Below, piece by piece: positions 63,263 to 64,000 of a DNA stretch of 64,000 nucleotides. Each line of letters starts with the position of its first letter. The stretch's first letter is position 1. The translations under genes were made by a program, and so were the position numbers. Below the pieces are notes generated by a model, which worked only from the letters and a program-made list of their open reading frames with translations, had not been told where the DNA came from and ran no database searches. Source of the stretch: Mobula hypostoma (lineage: Eukaryota); contig NC_086097.1 of assembly GCF_963921235.1 (NCBI RefSeq), forward strand, positions 83,268,001 through 83,332,000, written 5' to 3'.

Positions 63263-64000
63263 GGGTGTGAATTAAATGGAATATATTGTGAATTTGATTA
63301 GAGTGCGTATGAGGGTTTTACAATATCACCGGATAATAGTTAATTTGAAGAAGGAAAGAACTGATGGAAGCTCAGTTCTTTATCAGATAAAACACTGAGT
63401 TGGAAATGGTCCAGTTCAGCAGATGTCAGTAGCTGGAGAGAGTTTGGAGTAGCTGACAAAAACTTGGAATTTAGCTGAAGAATGTGCTTCCCTGACACTG
63501 AATGTCTAATTTGGGTATCCACATACAGGCAGTCAGGGGCTCGAAAGTAGCAGTGGAGGGAGACTGGGATATCTACAAGAATGACTGCAGATGCTAGAAA
63601 TCTGGAGCAAAACACACAAAAAAAAAAGAAAGTAATGTAGGAATTCATCAGGTTAAGCAGTGTCTGTGAAGGGAAATAAACAGTCACTGTTTTCAGCTGA
63701 GGGTGATTGTTGGAGCTGGGGAATGGCAAAGACAAATGTAAAGAATATAAAACATGTTTCTGGAAATAAGTTTGCCAAAGCGTAACATTGTCTGTGAGAA
63801 TCTGATCATTATCGCTGTACTTGAACCAGTTCGGGTAAATAGCGGTCAGTTAGTCTTTCCCTCTTTCTTTCCAGGTCTGATAGTTTTGCCATCCTTTTAT
63901 ACCTTGCCAGATGGCTGGTTTTAATAAATACATTTTATTATTATTGCTTGTGTACTCTTTCACAAATTAGCACAGTAGAAAAAAATTCTGTCCTTTTACA

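Overview
This window is eukaryotic, repeat-rich vertebrate DNA rather than prokaryotic. HE1/V-SINE-like SINEs, CR1 LINEs, DeuSINE remnants and many Penelope-like elements (PLEs) point to a cartilaginous fish (shark or ray); this is an inference. I cannot support any host protein-coding gene. Nearly all recognisable ORFs are transposon fragments, and the rest come from microsatellites or are chance frames, so the region looks intergenic or intronic. Main contents: (1) a near-full-length CR1 LINE with ZF/LZ+esterase ORF1 and APE+RT ORF2; (2) many Neptune-type PLE 3' fragments, two with clear target-site duplications (TSDs), and one Penelope/Poseidon-type fragment; (3) Rex1/Babar-like LINE fragments; (4) two decayed hAT transposons with nested insertions; (5) two Tigger/pogo elements, a mariner fold-back MITE and a Gypsy-type solo LTR; (6) several SINE types, a perfect 6x38-bp tandem repeat and long CT microsatellites. 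The most interesting signal is at RNA level. The PLE termini carry minimal hammerhead-ribozyme motifs (CUGANGA, stem II, GAAA, palindromic stem III, UH) in two sequence families. The same terminus recurs as ~200-bp fold-back palindromes, and the cleanest of these have their symmetry centre at the 5' edge of the ribozyme motif. All family names come from recalled motifs, not database searches, and boundaries of decayed elements are approximate.
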